DNA of 64,000 nt from an uncultured virus (IMG/VR IMGVR_UViG_3300031758_000059) (IMGVR_UViG_3300031758_000059), one strand, 5' to 3'. Positions 38,336 through 49,435 are shown, counted from the first letter of the stretch. Numbers and translations: made by a program. The notes: generated by a model from the sequence alone, not told the origin.

Positions 38336-40219
38336 TTAATTATATTTACTTCCTACGCCCTGTGTAGTTGCAGCTTGTTGGTCCTGTGGTTGTGGTGCTG
38401 CAATCACACCTTTTTTAGCAAGGCCACTTAGGAATATAAGCTTTTCTTCTTCCGTCTTACCGGGCACATTTGCTATAAGGAACGATTGTATTTGAGCCAC
38501 AGCGTCATCAGGACTACTAAGGTCAATTTTCCCTGTAGTTTTTCCATTGCCTTTTATTTCAATAAACTTACCTACTGTAAATGGAGTCGATGGAATTACG
38601 GCTTCAAACCCAAGCGCTTGTACTAATGGTTTTACGCTTTTTAATGTTTCTACTTCAGCTCTATCATTATCTGTAGAAGTGGATATTAATGATGGGTTTA
38701 TTTTAGTGTTTACATAATTGCCATACATCTCATTAGGATTCAAGCTTATTGACCTTGCAGAAGCAGTACCGGATTGGAAATTTTTAGAACCCGTACTAAG
38801 CGCACCTCTAAGAATATCATCTACGTTTGTTTTTTCTCCAAGTAATCCTGTTGAAGATGAAGCGACAAATTGTTCTAGCGACATTCGTTTTCCGGATACT
38901 TTATTAATAAATGGTATAGGCTTAGTTTCACCATTACGTGTAATTAAAATTCCATTATCATTACGCTTAACATCAGTAACACCCGGAAGCCCCATAAAAT
39001 AGTTAACTGCAGCTTGCTGTTGTTCAGGATTTCCACTATACAACATACCAATCATATTACCTGCAGTCTGCGCTTCCTTTCTTTTGTCTCCTCTTTCATA
39101 TAAGTAAGAAGGAGCATATTCTGCACGAGGCTGAGCAAATGGTTGTAGCTCAGTTTTCTGCTCAAGCATGCTACGAAACTTATTAGTAAGGTACTTCTCG
39201 GCTTCTTTCTTTTGCTCTCTTCCATTTGCAGTGGCGTCAAAGTCAGGTTGCATCACACCTTCTTTAAAAGAATAAAGCACATAATGAGAACTTGTATTAG
39301 CAAGCTTTTCATCAAAGACTACTTGATAAGGTTTTTTAGTCTTAGGGTCTATGCCACCTGCCCAATCAAAAAGAATAGATGATGTGTTGTAAGGGTTAGT
39401 AAGTTTTGCAGCAATAATATCTTTCTCAGATTGCAGGTAAGCATCAACAGCCTGTTTGCCCTCTTGGCTTAAACCAACACGCTTAGTAGGGTCGGTTATC
39501 TTTGTCATAAAACCTGTTTCAGTAGAACTACCTGTCTTTGTCACAACTTCACTTATTACATCTCCCAACAAATCAACCTCGCCTTTTAAATCATCATTTA
39601 CTTGATACTTATTAATCTTTTGCTTAATACGATTGCGAAGCTGATTAACGGTCATATAATTATCAGCACCTTCTTTTAGAACTCTTATGCCGTCTTTTGT
39701 TTCCATTTTGCCTATACCAACAGCCCCCGTATTTGGATTAATTAAAGCTTCTGTATCTCTAAGGTTAGCAAAGCCTTCAACCATTCCCATAATCTGAGTT
39801 TCAGCAGCAGAGCCATCGCCTCCGGGCTGTGCTCTTTTCATCTTCTCCTCGTACTCAGCTTGATATTCTTTAACGAGATTAAATAAAACTCCTGTTCCAT
39901 CTCTTAGATTTTGCGTTGCAAGACTATAGTCTTTTGGTTTAATAGCACCGGCTTTCAGTAGTCTATTCATCTGAAGCAAATAATCTGTAGCCTTTGACGT
40001 ATAACTAAAAGTGTATTGGTTTACAAGGTCGGAGTTTCCCGTAGGGGCATTAGCTAACTCTTGAACATCTTTACGGAACGCAGCTTCAGTCTCGGCCTTT
40101 CTTTTTTGGCGAAGCTCATCTTCTTTTTTTATACCATCGGTAATATCCTTGCCAACCTGAAACCAATTTATCTGACTTTCAGGTAGCCTATCTGCGTATT
40201 CAAAATATGTCTTTGCCAT
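38336..40219 (-). CDS. Putative internal virion/ejection protein
   Basis: 627 aa, between the small and giant ejection-type proteins. Confidence 0.5.
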   Translation of the reverse strand: MAKTYFEYADRLPESQINWFQVGKDITDGIKKEDELRQKRKAETEAAFRKDVQELANAPTGNSDLVNQYTFSYTSKATDYLLQMNRLLKAGAIKPKDYSLATQNLRDGTGVLFNLVKEYQAEYEEKMKRAQPGGDGSAAETQIMGMVEGFANLRDTEALINPNTGAVGIGKMETKDGIRVLKEGADNYMTVNQLRNRIKQKINKYQVNDDLKGEVDLLGDVISEVVTKTGSSTETGFMTKITDPTKRVGLSQEGKQAVDAYLQSEKDIIAAKLTNPYNTSSILFDWAGGIDPKTKKPYQVVFDEKLANTSSHYVLYSFKEGVMQPDFDATANGREQKKEAEKYLTNKFRSMLEQKTELQPFAQPRAEYAPSYLYERGDKRKEAQTAGNMIGMLYSGNPEQQQAAVNYFMGLPGVTDVKRNDNGILITRNGETKPIPFINKVSGKRMSLEQFVASSSTGLLGEKTNVDDILRGALSTGSKNFQSGTASARSISLNPNEMYGNYVNTKINPSLISTSTDNDRAEVETLKSVKPLVQALGFEAVIPSTPFTVGKFIEIKGNGKTTGKIDLSSPDDAVAQIQSFLIANVPGKTEEEKLIFLSGLAKKGVIAAPQPQDQQAATTQGVGSKYN

Positions 40220-40232
40220 TTCTTATTTCGTT

Positions 40233-41093
40233 TTATCGTCCTCCAATTGAAGGCATAGCCCAAGGGCTATAAAAATTTGGTTGAAATGTAGGTATTGCAT
40301 AATCAGCCGGTCTAAATGATTGTAAAGAATTTGGGAGTTGCTGATTTACTTGTTGTAAAACATTTGGATTTACCCCAACCATAAAAGACTCAAAAGCAGT
40401 TGGGTTCATTGAGCCAACTTTACTAAAGTCAACCCCACCAACCGTACCTAAAGAAGCTACGCTTTTTTGAAAATCAGCTTGACTAAGATTGTTCTTATTC
40501 ATCGCAAGGTCTTCCATTTTATTAAACGCTTGTGTACCTTCTGATTTACCGTAATCAGATAAAGCTGCAGTTATTTGAGTTCCAAGACTTGCCACACCTT
40601 TCATTGCTTGAGCTCCTGCCTGTGCAGCTCTTGCTTCAGCTACTGCTGCAGCTCTTTGTGCACCTGTTGCTTCTGAAATGTCAAGACTAGCCTGCATATC
40701 ACGAAGTCTTGTCTCTTCTGCTATAGCAAGCTTATCAAGCGCCTGCATCTCTTGACCCATTGCAGTAGCTATCTTACGCTGCTCCTGCCCTGCTCCTAAA
40801 AATACACGACCTGCAGTAGCTGCAGCACCACGCTCACTCTCTCTTCCCGCCTCAATAGCTTGAGCGGCTGTCGATGTTACCGCTTCACGAGCAAGCTCAT
40901 AAGGTTCCTTTTGAATACCAAGTTGCTCATAGAAGTTTATGTCAAGTTTCTTGCGAGCATCAGCTAAAAATTTAGCCGCCTCATTCTCAGCTTTTCTCTG
41001 TTCTTTTTTCTGTTTAGATTGCTGAGCAAATGAAGCACCTGTGCTAATTGCTGATATTCCTAATCCAACTGCTGCTGCTGTAGTTATAGCCAT
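40233..41093 (-). CDS. Putative internal virion (pilot/ejection) protein
   Basis: Ala/Gly/Gln-rich with a hydrophobic N-terminus; follows the GNAT gene as in podovirus gene order. Confidence 0.55.
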   Translation of the reverse strand: MAITTAAAVGLGISAISTGASFAQQSKQKKEQRKAENEAAKFLADARKKLDINFYEQLGIQKEPYELAREAVTSTAAQAIEAGRESERGAAATAGRVFLGAGQEQRKIATAMGQEMQALDKLAIAEETRLRDMQASLDISEATGAQRAAAVAEARAAQAGAQAMKGVASLGTQITAALSDYGKSEGTQAFNKMEDLAMNKNNLSQADFQKSVASLGTVGGVDFSKVGSMNPTAFESFMVGVNPNVLQQVNQQLPNSLQSFRPADYAIPTFQPNFYSPWAMPSIGGR

Positions 41094-41094
41094 G

Positions 41095-41502
41095 TTATAA
41101 TACTTTAATCATTTCACTTGTATATCCATCACCTTTTATGTACCCTAATTTTTCATAAGCACCTATTAGGCTTTGGTGTTTAATCAAGGCATATACATAT
41201 TTATGCCCTGTATTTCTACAAATATTAGTCAACGTATCGACTAATAATAGTATAGCTTCTTTTCTCTCAGGTTTTCTGTACGTCTTACTCGATATAATCC
41301 AATCCACCCAAGCTACCTTTGAGTTTGTCGTATACATAAACCCTGCGCACACCGGTTCGTCCTCATCAAGAACTATAATACCACCCTTACCATCGTCAGG
41401 AAGAAAGTCTTTTTGCGGAGGCTCCCATCCCCAATCATGCCACCACCCCTTCAGGATGCCGTCATAATCATTTTCGTTCAATGGTCGTACATTAAGTGGC
41501 AT
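41095..41502 (-). CDS. GNAT-fold acetyltransferase-like protein
   Basis: VRPLNENDY...PVCAGF...AWVDWIIS...YEKLGY; start taken at MPLNVR. Confidence 0.6.
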   Translation of the reverse strand: MPLNVRPLNENDYDGILKGWWHDWGWEPPQKDFLPDDGKGGIIVLDEDEPVCAGFMYTTNSKVAWVDWIISSKTYRKPERKEAILLLVDTLTNICRNTGHKYVYALIKHQSLIGAYEKLGYIKGDGYTSEMIKVL

Positions 41503-41513
41503 CTTACACAAAT

Positions 41514-42320
41514 TTAAGGATAACTTTTCATAACTTCTGACTCAGCAGCGAACAGCTCAACCTTACTTGTATTGTCGTTCTCAAGAGTGAAAACGCAGTA
41601 GTGACCAAGCACCCCGTGCGACTCAGCAATTGAGCTTTTGATATACATAATGTATGGGTCTTGAATACCGGGAATTGACGCTCCGGGTATTGTCGTGTCC
41701 ACTGTAATCCTATTTAAGTTAGAAGGATAGTCAACCTGTATATTAGTTACCTGACCAAATAGTACAGGTGTGTTATAGGTTGGCGGTAAACTGTAGTACA
41801 AATAGTCGCCAATGCTTAAGATGTTTCCTATTACAATAGGACTTGCTCCAATAGCAAAGTTCACCTGTACTGCCGCTCCCGTCCCCGTAATGGTAGTGCT
41901 TTTCCCAATACCATTCACAGACCTAAGCGCATACTCAGATGGTTGAGCAGGTACAGTTCCTTCGTTTCTTACAAAAGCAAACCATGCCCCTTCTTTTTTC
42001 TCAAACCATGCTGCATCAATAACGCCTGAGTTCTGTATATCACTCTGCATTTCGGCATCCCATGAGTCGTCTCCTTCTAAATTTAAAGTCTTGAATAACT
42101 TGTTCTCAAGTGGAGCATCATTGAATACACTTTGAAGTACTGAGTTATACTGAACCCCATAGAAATTATTTCGCAACTCATTTACGTTATGGCGATAGAG
42201 GTTACCGCCATTAAATGAATAGAAGTAGTTGTTCATCCCAATCATGTAATCAGGATTGAAAGAGTAGAATGATGGCCACCCTTGAACGCCTTCGCTATAT
42301 GATAGTGTGTAGTTTGGCAT
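41514..42320 (-). CDS. Tail structural protein (resembles the C-terminal part of tail nozzle/stabilisation proteins)
   Basis: TLSYSE..GWPSFYSF.PDYM...KLFKTLNLEG...VELFA. Confidence 0.55.
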   Translation of the reverse strand: MPNYTLSYSEGVQGWPSFYSFNPDYMIGMNNYFYSFNGGNLYRHNVNELRNNFYGVQYNSVLQSVFNDAPLENKLFKTLNLEGDDSWDAEMQSDIQNSGVIDAAWFEKKEGAWFAFVRNEGTVPAQPSEYALRSVNGIGKSTTITGTGAAVQVNFAIGASPIVIGNILSIGDYLYYSLPPTYNTPVLFGQVTNIQVDYPSNLNRITVDTTIPGASIPGIQDPYIMYIKSSIAESHGVLGHYCVFTLENDNTSKVELFAAESEVMKSYP

Positions 42321-42323
42321 TTA

Positions 42324-42983
42324 TTAACATTGAGTTGCTGAGTAAGCTGCTATGATACCATATCCGTCCATATCCCAATTCACATTTGCAAACACATACA
42401 GTTCAGTAACAGGAGACTGAAGTGCTGCATCCCAATAAAGACCACAACCTACAGCCAATGAAACTATTGGGCAGTCAGAATATAAGGTCTTTGGATTGTT
42501 TACTGCATCGTTACAAGCACCTGTTACATTCACATTGCTCACACCGCAGTTCCCTACAGAGTAAGAAGGTACACAAGTAACACACACTCCTGTAACAGTA
42601 GCTACAGGGTTCCCGTTAGTAACACTCACCTGAAGACTATAACCGCCAAATGAAACGTAATACGTTCCGGTTGCAGCAGCAGAGAAGATAGCTCCTGTAA
42701 ATGTCGTACAATCACAGAACGTAGGGTCGTCACCGGTTACTGTACCTGATGCTAAGAATCCACAAGCATCTTCAGTTGACCCACCAAATCCTACCAAAAA
42801 CTCGTTGTTACATGATGGACACGCTACCTGTGGAAGAAGAACGCCCGATGATTGCTCGCGAGAAATAATGCCATCTGAATAGAATCCATCCGCTGCAACC
42901 GTTGTTAGGTTGGCATCGTCATACACTACTGTTGCCGAGCTGAGTGATGGTGCGTCTAAATAATAAGTTCCTTGTGTTGCCAT
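42324..42983 (-). CDS. Cys-rich tail-associated protein
   Basis: N-terminal module matches the C-terminal module of 42995-47686. Confidence 0.55.
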   Translation of the reverse strand: MATQGTYYLDAPSLSSATVVYDDANLTTVAADGFYSDGIISREQSSGVLLPQVACPSCNNEFLVGFGGSTEDACGFLASGTVTGDDPTFCDCTTFTGAIFSAAATGTYYVSFGGYSLQVSVTNGNPVATVTGVCVTCVPSYSVGNCGVSNVNVTGACNDAVNNPKTLYSDCPIVSLAVGCGLYWDAALQSPVTELYVFANVNWDMDGYGIIAAYSATQC

Positions 42984-42994
42984 TTCGTTTTATT

Positions 42995-45900
42995 TTAAAG
43001 TAAGCATCCGCAACATGAGTCAAATGCGTCTGTGCTTGAATAACATAAAGATACCTCAACCCCGCAACCCGGACAGGACTGCTGAGCTTGTAATACACCT
43101 GCTGTTTGCTGACGAACCAAACCGCCTTGCGCGTAGTATCCATTAGGAGCAGCTACCGTAAGCGCCTCATCTGTAAATACACCCGTTGCCGAAGCAAATG
43201 TTGGTCCGTTTAAATAGTATGTAGATTGCGTTGGGCAGTCGCAGCATGCGTCAGCAGCGCTTGTGCTTGCATAGCAAAGCTCAGCAGTAGGAGGAGCACA
43301 CCCACAGCAAGAGTCTTGCAGGTCTATATCAGAGTAGCATAAACTAATCTGAAGTGAGTTTCTGTAATCCCATATCATATACAAGTACTCACCTGATGAT
43401 GGTACAGTAAATGGTGCTGAGTGGAATCCACCGCTCCCCGTAATAGGAGTTGCCTCTGAGGAAGCAGCAAGTAAATTAGCTATACCAACAGCAGTATTAG
43501 GGTATAGCGTATTGCTTCTATAATATCTGAACGAATCAGTTACTGTGTCAAAATCATAAGTGTCAAATCCAAACTTGTGGCATATCATCTCCATCGTTGC
43601 ACCTGCAGGAGGGAAACCGCCTGTTCCAATTGCACCTGTTATGATGCTATAGTTTGAAACAATCGGAGAAGTGCCGCTACCAAATGTTACAAGGTTAGAT
43701 TGAAGAGGAGATACGAAGTCTCCGTCAGTATATCTGTACTCATTGTGAACAAAGAATCCTGCATCAACAGCACTTGTCAAGCACACGTTAACGATGTTCA
43801 TCATAAGAGATACCGGACAGCTTACTGAGACTGTTAAGACCACAGCATCTGTGGCACTAATAAGAACCGTTGCGGTATTTACGCTATTTGAACTCTTGTC
43901 TATAAGAATAGAGCCTGACTCATCAGTAATACCTGAAGTCTCTGTATTTCCATCATAGGTAACTTCAACCTCAAACTCTGCTGTAGATGTAGGGTCTACG
44001 CTATAAGCAATAGTAACGTCTCCTATTGGAGCGCCAAGGTCAACGCAGTAAGTTACGCTATCACCTGCAGCAATATTAAATGTCTGAGCAACACCACAAG
44101 CCAAACACTCTTGAGGTTGTGGCAACTGCTCAGTATTAGAAGTGAGCACATACTCATTAAGGTATGGGTCAAATCCACCAAGCTTTTGCGTATTGAATGA
44201 TTCAATGAATGTATCCCTAAACCAAGTACGCATCCCGTTTTCAGACACCACTTTTAATTGGTCTGAGCTGTAAGAGTTTCCAATTAATTGAAGTACAGCT
44301 CCACGCTTAACATCAGTAAAGTATCTGTAATAACCCCACTGCACATAGCTCTCAGGGTTAAAGCTGATACCATACTTCTCGACACGAGCAATCTGTGTGC
44401 CTAATACTTCAGGAACTGAAGTGATGGCTCCTCCGGCTGCTGCGTCTGAGAGTAAGTTCTTACCGGCTAATACATAGGAAATCTTATCTTCTTGGAGTAC
44501 AAGCACGTCAGTCTCACGGCCATCCATCTTGTAGATAGGGCCAAACGAAACCTCTAAATACTTGTAGTTTATTAAACCAAGATTAAACTCGTTTAATTTG
44601 TTTACGTTGGACTCGAAGTTGTAAACACCGCTATAAGTAATATCAGCAAATCGTAACGTCCTTTTATAGTCTTGAGCAGATACAGATGTTACCCTGTTGC
44701 CTAAGTTGAATGTACGCCCGATAATTGAGTCACGAATCTTATAGCTCTCTGCTCCGTTACCAAAGCAGAAGCAGTTAAAAAACTCAGTATCTACAATTGC
44801 AGGCAAAGAACTTGTTTGGTTCTGCACGTTACCTGTGTGAAATCCATTCACAATAGGGAATGACATCTCGTTTTCAAAGAACACATCAGGTAGTGAATCT
44901 TTTGGCTCGGTCTCAAATATAAGTGTAGTCTCTGCTCTAAACACCTCAAAGTTTGCAATGATTGTAGACCTACGCTTTTCAACAGATAGTACACCACCGC
45001 AGCGAACCGTACCACTCATAAGAAGTGAAAGCCTATTTGTTCCGGCTTCACGATAGAATCTATAGTAGTTGGTATCCCCTGCAGTTGGTATATCGTTCCA
45101 AGAGGTAGCAAGAGTTGCGATATATTCGTTTTCAATCGGAGCGCCACCATCACCAACCTCCTGCGTTCCGTCATTTAAAATCTGCTCCACATTGTCTCCG
45201 TTCCACCAATCCTGCATATTGTCATAGTTGGCAGAAGCAATAAGTGTTTTCTCTAATATATATATCCTGCGCTCACACGCACCATTACCTGCACCTACAC
45301 CAAGGCGTTGGAATTTGATATTCATTTTAATCCGGCTACCCGCAGGAACGCTATAGTCAACCCATAGACCTGTTACGGTATCAAACCTATTCATGTCATA
45401 TCCAAGAATAGGATACTCTCCCGGTGTATTCTCGTTCACTTCTTTTGTACCCGGAGCAATTATAGAAAGCTCATCCTGTACAACTGAGAAGCTGTTTGGA
45501 TTAATCTTCATGTAAACCCCTGATGGCACAGGGATATTTACATTCGGGTCAAGCTCACTTGGTATAGTAATAAATCCTTCTTGCTTTGATTCTTTCTCAA
45601 GAACTGTTGCGTACACGCAGTTATTTGTAGGTCCGCTTGTGTCAGCCTTTACAATAAATCTATCACCCTGCTCAACCTTGCGTGCATTCTCTCCTTCAAG
45701 CAAAAAGAATGCGTTATTGCTGAGCGGGTCATTAAAGAATATACTACTATAAATAACATCATAATCCTCTTCATCAGGCTTGATAACAAACTTATATCGA
45801 GTGGCCCAATAAGGCGCTTTCTGTGTTGTAGGTATTGTAACCTGAATGCTGTTTTTGGTATCAGAAGCAGAGCACGGTACGTGTACCGTATTGTTAGGAC

Positions 45901-47686
45901 TTACAAGCGATGTAGTAGAACGACCAAAGTCATCCATGTATACGATGCCAATCTCATACCCACGATTACTATGAAGACTTCGTGGAGAGTTAATCTTCTG
46001 ATAGAACGATTCTGCAAAGTTTACAGAGTAGTACTCGTACACATTAATAGTAGGCGTAGTAGTATTATCTACATAACGCATAGCCGGCATTTGGAAACCA
46101 ATTAGCTGACTCGAAGGAGATGTTATAATTGTAATTGGCTGACCTGCAGCTGTGATACCACTTTGATATTTTATAAGCGCATCCAAGTTGTTGGGCAGTG
46201 CGCAGTTTATTTGGTCTGTAAATGTTGTACCGCTACAAGAGTTTGCAACAGTTTGGATATTTGCAACTGTACCAACTGCGTCCTGAAATGCTACGCTTGT
46301 AGCAAGTGCATATACTGAAGCGTAATTGGTTGGCAGCGTGAATGAGAATGTCGCATTTATATTTTCAGATTGCTCCGTAGGGAATGGAGTACTTCCTGCA
46401 AATGTATTGTGCGTCATCCTCATCTCTAAAGTGATAGACGCCCCTTCAATTAGCTCAACTCCTGTGAGGTCTACATAAACTGCAGAGTTTGCAATTGTCT
46501 GTGAGCTACCAAAGGTATAGTTTGATGAAGCTGTTGAGTCTGTAAGCGAAGTAGTGTCAATTAGCTCAGATACAAGATTAGCGTCATACTCAAGTCTTAC
46601 GGGATTGCCATCCTCGTCAACCATATCATACCCTTCCGTATAATTTCCATACATCAAGCGGTTACCCATAATGGTCTGCGCTCTTGCAAGTAGTGGTACG
46701 TTATCGTATAATCTGAGTAGCTCAGATTCGGGAAGGATAGTAAATATCTTGCTATTGCTAAATGTATAAGTATAGTCTGTATTATCTGCAAGTCCAAGAT
46801 TTGCTTTGTCAAGTTTCTCAATCACCTTGACAATACTTGCTCCCGCTTCTTTAAAAAGCAGGTCGATACCAACAACAAGAGGCCCGCCCGTATTGTAGGT
46901 GACAATAGCAGCATTGTGCAAATTGACCATACCCTCGTTGAGATAACTATTTACGCTAAACTCAAATGGGTTAGGCTGAAACGCAGGAGCTGACCACTGA
47001 GACGTTGCGCTATACTCGCCATCCTCGTATCTATAACGATAGGCAAAGCAAATAAAGCGAGTCTCTAAAAAGTTATCCTGAGCACCTGTAGTGATAGGTT
47101 GGACACCCGGGGCTTCAACGGGTGGTTTCTTGATGACAAGAATAGATTCAGAGGTGAATTGGTCTACATCGGCAACAGGGTCAGGATAATTTCTTTTACG
47201 ATTAAGAACCCTTGGAGGATTATAATTGTCAGTAAAGAAGATTAGGTTATCAATAATATCAATGCCTGTAATCAAGTATTGCGGATTAAAGTTTAACGTG
47301 GTATTCACGCCACCTCCATTGTCAATACTTACAATATGATACGTTAATATCTGAGAGTATACATTAAATGATACTATCATGTCAAGCTTACCCGTATTAC
47401 CTACAGGGAAGTTTGAGTCATGGATAAACCAATAAAGAGTTTCGTTGGCACTGTCGTCAATAGCACCAATACATTTTGCGCTTGAGCTGAGCGGAGTGCC
47501 ATCAATATATTTTAAAGTAGTTAGCTGAACATTACCTTTTGTGTTTTCAATAACACCAATCTCAGCATTTTCAGTAGACCCCATGCGTACATTGAGCGCA
47601 TCAATATACTCTCCGTTTGGAACAAGTCGCTCGTCCACGACTTTATTCATCCTACCTGCTGTGAAATTTCTTGTAATGTTCGCCAT
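42995..47686 (-). CDS. Tail nozzle/stabilisation protein, 1563 aa
   Basis: GRMNKVVDERLVPNGEYIDALNVR, FAYRYRY.DGEYS, GNRLMYGNY and YGISFNPES; propeller-like, crAss-like muzzle type. Confidence 0.7.
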   Translation of the reverse strand: MANITRNFTAGRMNKVVDERLVPNGEYIDALNVRMGSTENAEIGVIENTKGNVQLTTLKYIDGTPLSSSAKCIGAIDDSANETLYWFIHDSNFPVGNTGKLDMIVSFNVYSQILTYHIVSIDNGGGVNTTLNFNPQYLITGIDIIDNLIFFTDNYNPPRVLNRKRNYPDPVADVDQFTSESILVIKKPPVEAPGVQPITTGAQDNFLETRFICFAYRYRYEDGEYSATSQWSAPAFQPNPFEFSVNSYLNEGMVNLHNAAIVTYNTGGPLVVGIDLLFKEAGASIVKVIEKLDKANLGLADNTDYTYTFSNSKIFTILPESELLRLYDNVPLLARAQTIMGNRLMYGNYTEGYDMVDEDGNPVRLEYDANLVSELIDTTSLTDSTASSNYTFGSSQTIANSAVYVDLTGVELIEGASITLEMRMTHNTFAGSTPFPTEQSENINATFSFTLPTNYASVYALATSVAFQDAVGTVANIQTVANSCSGTTFTDQINCALPNNLDALIKYQSGITAAGQPITIITSPSSQLIGFQMPAMRYVDNTTTPTINVYEYYSVNFAESFYQKINSPRSLHSNRGYEIGIVYMDDFGRSTTSLVSPNNTVHVPCSASDTKNSIQVTIPTTQKAPYWATRYKFVIKPDEEDYDVIYSSIFFNDPLSNNAFFLLEGENARKVEQGDRFIVKADTSGPTNNCVYATVLEKESKQEGFITIPSELDPNVNIPVPSGVYMKINPNSFSVVQDELSIIAPGTKEVNENTPGEYPILGYDMNRFDTVTGLWVDYSVPAGSRIKMNIKFQRLGVGAGNGACERRIYILEKTLIASANYDNMQDWWNGDNVEQILNDGTQEVGDGGAPIENEYIATLATSWNDIPTAGDTNYYRFYREAGTNRLSLLMSGTVRCGGVLSVEKRRSTIIANFEVFRAETTLIFETEPKDSLPDVFFENEMSFPIVNGFHTGNVQNQTSSLPAIVDTEFFNCFCFGNGAESYKIRDSIIGRTFNLGNRVTSVSAQDYKRTLRFADITYSGVYNFESNVNKLNEFNLGLINYKYLEVSFGPIYKMDGRETDVLVLQEDKISYVLAGKNLLSDAAAGGAITSVPEVLGTQIARVEKYGISFNPESYVQWGYYRYFTDVKRGAVLQLIGNSYSSDQLKVVSENGMRTWFRDTFIESFNTQKLGGFDPYLNEYVLTSNTEQLPQPQECLACGVAQTFNIAAGDSVTYCVDLGAPIGDVTIAYSVDPTSTAEFEVEVTYDGNTETSGITDESGSILIDKSSNSVNTATVLISATDAVVLTVSVSCPVSLMMNIVNVCLTSAVDAGFFVHNEYRYTDGDFVSPLQSNLVTFGSGTSPIVSNYSIITGAIGTGGFPPAGATMEMICHKFGFDTYDFDTVTDSFRYYRSNTLYPNTAVGIANLLAASSEATPITGSGGFHSAPFTVPSSGEYLYMIWDYRNSLQISLCYSDIDLQDSCCGCAPPTAELCYASTSAADACCDCPTQSTYYLNGPTFASATGVFTDEALTVAAPNGYYAQGGLVRQQTAGVLQAQQSCPGCGVEVSLCYSSTDAFDSCCGCLL

Positions 47687-47687
47687 A

Positions 47688-48611
47688 TTATTTTAACCAC
47701 TTGTCCATACCACGCAGGTTCATAAGAAGTCTGCCCGGATGAATGTTACTCATTCTGATTTTTGCGTTACGAAGAAGTGCAGCTTTCTCTTTACGAGCGC
47801 GAGCTACAATATATTCTTGAACGCCAAGCTTAGAGTTTAGTACCTCATACGTGATATACGCATAGATGTACTTCTCAAATAATTTATTAACCGTTACGTT
47901 AGCATCGTTGCCATTCTCCATTCCATCAGAGATGTATTCGAGAATAACAGATTGACCATACATATCAGAGTTAAAGTTTATTACTCCCATTCGTTGGTCA
48001 ATAGCAAAGGTTGGGTTGAAGTTAGCTGTCTCTGTGTTTAAACCATAGCGCTCACCAAGACTATAATCAAAATACCACATGCCATCAACACACCATCCTT
48101 CCTGTCCGTTATATCTACTTTGTGGGTTAAGATATATACTCTTCTTAGTTCCTGCTAAACGCTGCTCATCAATCTCAGAGAACTCAGGAGAAAGCGCATT
48201 ACCTTCTTGGTCAAATAATATCTTCCCCGTTTGGTCTTGAAGATAAGCAAGTGAAGAAAGGATTTGAATGTTCTCGGTAAGTGGTCTTAAGTATCCGTCT
48301 TTGTAAAGATTTACGCGAACCCAATTGACATAATCAGATGGGAGAATATATCTAAGACCATCATCTACTGTAAGCTCTAATACTTTTATGCTTTTAAAAG
48401 CATCGTAGTTCAACTCTTGAATAGCACGCTTTGCGTGAAATAATATCTTAAATCTCTCTTCATTATTTACAAGAGAGTGATTGCCCGAATACATCAACAA
48501 AAAGTTGTTGACAATATCATATAGGCTTACGTATTGATATGACCCCCAATTCCTATCAATGGGTTGGTTACCGCTATTTTCGTAATACTGATATTGACTA
48601 ATGTATGCCAT
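47688..48611 (-). CDS. Tail ring/adaptor structural protein
   Basis: Position in the module; LPSDYVNWVRV and ILEYISDG. Confidence 0.6.
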   Translation of the reverse strand: MAYISQYQYYENSGNQPIDRNWGSYQYVSLYDIVNNFLLMYSGNHSLVNNEERFKILFHAKRAIQELNYDAFKSIKVLELTVDDGLRYILPSDYVNWVRVNLYKDGYLRPLTENIQILSSLAYLQDQTGKILFDQEGNALSPEFSEIDEQRLAGTKKSIYLNPQSRYNGQEGWCVDGMWYFDYSLGERYGLNTETANFNPTFAIDQRMGVINFNSDMYGQSVILEYISDGMENGNDANVTVNKLFEKYIYAYITYEVLNSKLGVQEYIVARARKEKAALLRNAKIRMSNIHPGRLLMNLRGMDKWLK

Positions 48612-48613
48612 AA

Positions 48614-49354
48614 TTATTGCGATTGTTTTTGTTCTTCAGCAGCACCAAACTGAACTGCTGTAATCTCACGTATTGACATTCCTGCATACTGAAGTATTTT
48701 AGTAATGAGCTTATACTCATCTTCAAACGGAACTTCAAAGTCTTGATAGTCAGGTTGAGATTGGTCAAACACAGGCTCACCATTAGTAAGCGTGATGTAA
48801 GTCCACTTAGGGTCTTTGGGATATCTAAAATAATTTGCATCAACTTCGTTGGCAAGATTGATTGTCGCAGGATACACTGTAAGAATACTACCCTCTTGTG
48901 TATACGCAGGATACTGCTCTGTTGGTGCAGTAAGATTAGAAGTAGTAAGCATCGTAATTTTTGTATGCGTTACCTTCTCGGCTTCTCCTTTAAATACACG
49001 TGTAAGCCCCGATGCGTCATAACACATAATCTTATTAATCATAAAATAGTCGAAGCCTGTTGTAGTTACAGACGGAAGATAAAATCTATTTGTCGCGGGT
49101 GTTACTTGTGTAAGCGTTGATGTAAGAGCAAATAATTCCATGGCTTCTTCAGTAGCTTTTCTGATGTCAGCATACGAAGTGCCCGACATACGAGCATTTT
49201 CCATGTTGAGTAACTTATTGTACTCTGAAAAATATTCTTCAAACACCTCCAACTGAGCCTCTTTTGCGTAGAGGTTAAAATCGGAAGGTGAGATGTATCC
49301 GTAATTGTTCTTATTCAGAACAGCTAAAACGGTATTTCTTACGGAATTTATCAT
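48614..49354 (-). CDS. Head-tail ring/connector protein
   Basis: LNKNNYGYISPSDFN...YFRYPKDPKW...ILQYAGMSIR; position in the module. Confidence 0.6.
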   Translation of the reverse strand: MINSVRNTVLAVLNKNNYGYISPSDFNLYAKEAQLEVFEEYFSEYNKLLNMENARMSGTSYADIRKATEEAMELFALTSTLTQVTPATNRFYLPSVTTTGFDYFMINKIMCYDASGLTRVFKGEAEKVTHTKITMLTTSNLTAPTEQYPAYTQEGSILTVYPATINLANEVDANYFRYPKDPKWTYITLTNGEPVFDQSQPDYQDFEVPFEDEYKLITKILQYAGMSIREITAVQFGAAEEQKQSQ

Positions 49355-49378
49355 TATAATCTTTTTACAAATATAAAC

Positions 49379-49405
49379 AAAAAAAGAGGGTATAGAAATA
49401 CCCTC
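49379..49405 (-). terminator. Intrinsic terminator
   Basis: GAGGGTAT-N4-ATACCCTC stem plus a U7 tract on the minus strand; a TATATTTG -7 element follows at 49368-49375. Confidence 0.75.
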
Positions 49406-49435
49406 CGTAACCGATTGCTTGCTTATATATTAAAC

